Of a stretch of DNA of 64,000 bases, positions 60,405 to 64,000 are shown piece after piece. A model generated the notes under the pieces. It was not told the DNA's origin and searched no databases. It saw only the letters and a list, made by a program, of their open reading frames with translations. A program made the position numbers and the translations under genes. Source of the DNA: the human T2T-CHM13v2.0 reference genome, Homo sapiens; the NCBI RefSeq assembly GCF_009914755.1, contig NC_060932.1, one strand, 5' to 3'. Every line of letters begins with the position of its first letter. Positions within the stretch are counted from its first letter, which is position 1.

Positions 60405-61700
60405 GAACTTCCCCTTCTGTTCCATAATGAAGTATTTGAATGAAATTGGTCTTATCACCATAAAATCCTACAAAACTGAACAAATATGTGAAACAACCCT
60501 CTTCAGACAAGACAGTACAGGTAGTAGGGGACTGTGAACCCTGAGAGAAGGGAAATACTTGAGATGAACCATGCAATCATCCAGGTATCCTGTCCTGAGG
60601 CTTTTATGAAGCCCTAGTCCAGGGAGAGAAAACCTAAATAGAATAAGCAGAGTGAAGAGCTAAGAAGACCAAGACTGGAGTTCAGAGAGGTTGTGGAAGC
60701 TTACATTTATTAGGAAGAATACCAACAAACTGCACAAAGAGCTCCAGAAATCCACATGAGGAAACCAGGGAGTCTTTGGCTGACATTAAATTACACATGT
60801 GTAGTGTGAGTATCTACAAGGCTAGACAAAGACAACTCTCTGGAAAATGTAACCTGAACAACTAAAGCTCACAAAGAGTGGGGAAGTGTTGAGTTATAAT
60901 CAACCTGAATAAAAGAGTTTTCATTGAACACTCAGCATATTCAGTAAAGATGCCAGAAGGCCATGACTTAGAGGTAGAGTTACATTAGTCTTAGTATAAA
61001 GGCAATTTTAGACCTGCCTTTAAAAAAAATCTTATAATAAATCCTCAAAAGCATTAGAATAATTCACAAGTAAATTAAGTGCCTGTTAGAACAAAACTCA
61101 ACACTAATTAAAAGAAGAAAACAAAATTCAGGCATTCAACAATGCAAGAATTAAAATGTCCAACACTCATTCAAAATTACTAGGCATACAAAGAAGAAAA
61201 CAACACTTTTTTAAATCAATTACAAAATATTACAAATCAACAGATTACTCTGTTTACTACGTTCAAGCATTTAAATGAAAATATGACTGTAATGAGGAAT
61301 AAAATGGCAACTGTAAAAATTAATAAAGTGGAAATGCTATGTCAAAAATACAAAATCTGAAATTAAAAATTCACTGGAATTAATATCAGATTACGCATAG
61401 CAGAATAAAATAAAAGTAAGTTTGAAGGCATAGCAATAATGATGATCAAAACCGAAGCATTTAGAGAAAAAATGCTGGGAAAAAAACTTATTAAAACCTT
61501 AGTTGTTCTTGAAACAATATCCAGTAGTCAACATATAAGTAATGGAGTTCCAGAGAAGACAGTGGAAGCAAGCAAAATAAACTTCTTAAATAAATAATGG
61601 TGATATTTTTTAAATATTCCATGAAAAATAGAAATTAATGGATCAAAGGTAATCCAGAGACCCTTAGGAGAATAAACACAAAGAAAACAATTCATTATTT
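60405..61700 (+). mobile_element. Old L1M 5' UTR/ORF1 remnant
   Basis: A-rich ORF1-like text ('atctgaaattaaaaattcactgga...atcagatta', 'atggagttccagagaaga'). Subfamily uncertain. Confidence 0.5.
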
Positions 61701-61714
61701 TAAAGTGTTTTGAA

Positions 61715-64000
61715 GCCACAAAATACTTGCAAACTGAATCCAGCAGCACATCAAAAAGCAAATCCACCGTGATCAAGTAGGCTTTATCCTTTGGAGACAA
61801 GGTTGATTCAACATATGCAAATTAATAAATGTGATTCATCACATAAACGCAACTAAAGACCAAAAACACATAGCTATCTCAATAGATGCAGAAAATACTT
61901 TCAATAAAATTAACATCCTCTCATGTTAAAAACTCTCAATAAACTAGGAATTGAAGGAACATACCTCAAAATAATAAGAGCAATCTATGACAAACCCACA
62001 GACAACATCATACTGAATGGGCAAAAGCTGGGAGCATTTCCCTTGAAAATCATCACAAGACAAGGAAACCCTCTGTCATCACTCCTATTCAACATTGTAT
62101 TGGAAGTCCTGGCCAGGACAATCAGGAAAGAGAAAGAAATAAAGGGCATCTAAATAGGAAGAAAGAAAGTCAGACTATCCCTGTTTGCAGATGACATGAT
62201 TCTATATCTAGAAAACTCCATAACCTTGGCCCTAAATCTCCTTCGGCTGATAAACAACTTCAGCAGGGTTTACAGACACAAAATCAACATACAAAAATTA
62301 TTAGCATTCCTGTACACCAACAACAGCCAAGCCAAGGGTCAAATCAGGAACACAATCCATTCACAATTGCCACAAACAGAATAAAATACCTAGGAATACA
62401 GCTTACAAAGGAGGTGAAAGATCTCTACAATGAGAATTACAAAACACTGCTCAAAGAATACTACCCAAAGCAATGTACAGATTCAGTGTTATTCCTATCA
62501 AATTACCAAAGAGATTCTTCACAGAAATGAAAAACACTAGTTAAAAATTCATATGGAACAAAAAAGAACCCAAATAGCCAAGGCAAAAAGAATAAAGCTA
62601 GAAGCAACACATTACCTGACTTCAAACTATACTGCAGGGCTACAATAACCCAAAGAGCATGACACTGCTACAAAAGCAGACACATAGACCAAAAGAACAG
62701 AATAGAAAGCCCAGAAAGAAGCCTGCACATCTACAACCATCTGACTGTCAACAAAGCTGACAAAGACAAGCAATGGGGGGAGGACTTCCTATCCAATAAA
62801 TAGTGCTGGGATAACAGGCTAGCAATATGTAGAAGATTGAAACTGGACCTCTTCCTTATATCATATACAAAAATCAACTCAAGATGGATTAAATATTTAA
62901 ATGTAAAGCCCAAAACTATAAAAACCCTGGATGACAACCTAGGCAATACCTACCTAGACATAGGAACAGGCAAAGATTTCATGATGAAGATGCCAAAACA
63001 AACACAATGAAAGCAAAAATTGACAAATGGGATCTAAATAAACTTAAGAGCTTCTGCACAGCAAAAGAAACTATCAACAGAGTAAACAGACAACCTACAG
63101 AATGGGAGAAAATATTTGCAAACTGCATCTGACAAAAGTCTAATATCCAGAATCTACAAGGAACTTAAACAAATGTACAAGAAAAAAACAAACAACCCAA
63201 TTAAAATGTGGTCAAAGTGTAACCAGTGGAGGGCCTTGACTATGAGTCATCCAGGTTCTTGGCATTTTAAACAAAGAATTGGACAAAATACACAAAGAAA
63301 CAAAAGAATTAAGCAAAAAAAAGTATAGATTTATTGAAACAAAACTATACTCCACAGAATGGGAGCGGGCTTGAGCAAGTGGCTCAGGAGCCCAGATTAC
63401 AGAATTTTCTGGGGTTCAAACACTCTCTAGAGGTTTCCCATTGGTTACTTGGTTACATCCTATGTAAATAAAGGAGTGGCCCGTGACCAGTCTGACTGGC
63501 TCTAGGAGGGGACCAATCATTGGCTGAAGCAGAGTTACAAAGTTACATATGAAGACTTGGCCCACAACCACTCTGATTGGGGTTTTCCTTTTGATTCAGT
63601 TCTAGGAAGTCAGCGAGAACCAGCTTTAGGTTCCCCGCATCCAGACCCTATTCTTTTGCCTCAAAAGAACATGAACAGACGCTTTTCAAAAGAAGAGATA
63701 TATGTAGCCAAAATCTTATGAAAAAAAAGCTCAACGTCACTGATAACTAGATAAATGCAAATCAAAACCACAAAAGTAAAAAAATAACAGATGCTGGCGA
63801 GGTTGTGGAGAAAAGGGAATGCTTATATTCTATTGGTAGGAGTGTAAATCAGTTCAACAATTGTGGAAAGCAGTGTGGTGATTCCTTAAAGAGCTAAAAA
63901 TGGAAACATCATTCAACCCAGCAATCCCATTACTGGGTATATATCCAAAGAAATATAAATTGTTCTATCATAAGGACACACGCACGCATATGCTCATTGC
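61715..64000 (+). mobile_element. L1PB/late-L1PA ORF2 (RT and C-terminal region), decayed, split by MER51 and running off the window
   Basis: [26 protein letters not shown]..., [12 protein letters not shown] (RT motif, ~62180). Stops present; internal deletion at ~62459. Confidence 0.93.
63218..63663 (-). mobile_element. MER51-like ERV1 solo LTR nested in L1
   Basis: TG...CA termini; 'ttctaggaagtcagcg...ggttccccgcatccagaccctattcttttgcctca'; perfect 4-bp TSD AAAG at 63214-17 and 63664-67; L1 text resumes after it. Confidence 0.88.

Noticed and set aside
61923-63328. Active L1 reverse transcriptase
   Set aside because: Fragmented by stops and frameshifts, an internal deletion and an LTR insertion.

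Overview
Primate (very likely human) non-coding, repeat-rich genomic DNA. About half of it is recognisable interspersed repeat: ~15 Alu/FLAM copies including an AluY, L1 and L2 fragments, MIRs, MaLR/ERV solo LTRs (MLT1, MST, THE1, MER57, LTR8, MER51) and hAT/Tigger DNA transposons. I find no intact protein-coding gene, tRNA, rRNA or CRISPR array. The main structure is a three-level nest at 45.4-49.4 kb: an MLT1C-like LTR split by a near full-length Tigger1 (TIRs plus TA TSD), itself split by a processed SMARCE1 (BAF57) pseudogene with 13-bp TSDs. The retrocopy appears to come from an mRNA lacking the ATG-containing exon, has a very short 3' UTR, and sits in frame with the Tigger1 transposase, giving a chimeric transposase-SMARCE1 ORF. 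Other notable items: a circularly permuted ~150-bp local duplication (14.5/15.6 kb), a candidate intron at 30901-31306 with a textbook acceptor, two homeodomain/TALE motif clusters, an inverted (twin-primed-like) L1, and a perfect 54-bp tandem duplication. Repeat subfamily names and SMARCE1 comparisons come from my recall of consensus sequences, not database searches. No wholly new biological system can be established from the sequence alone.
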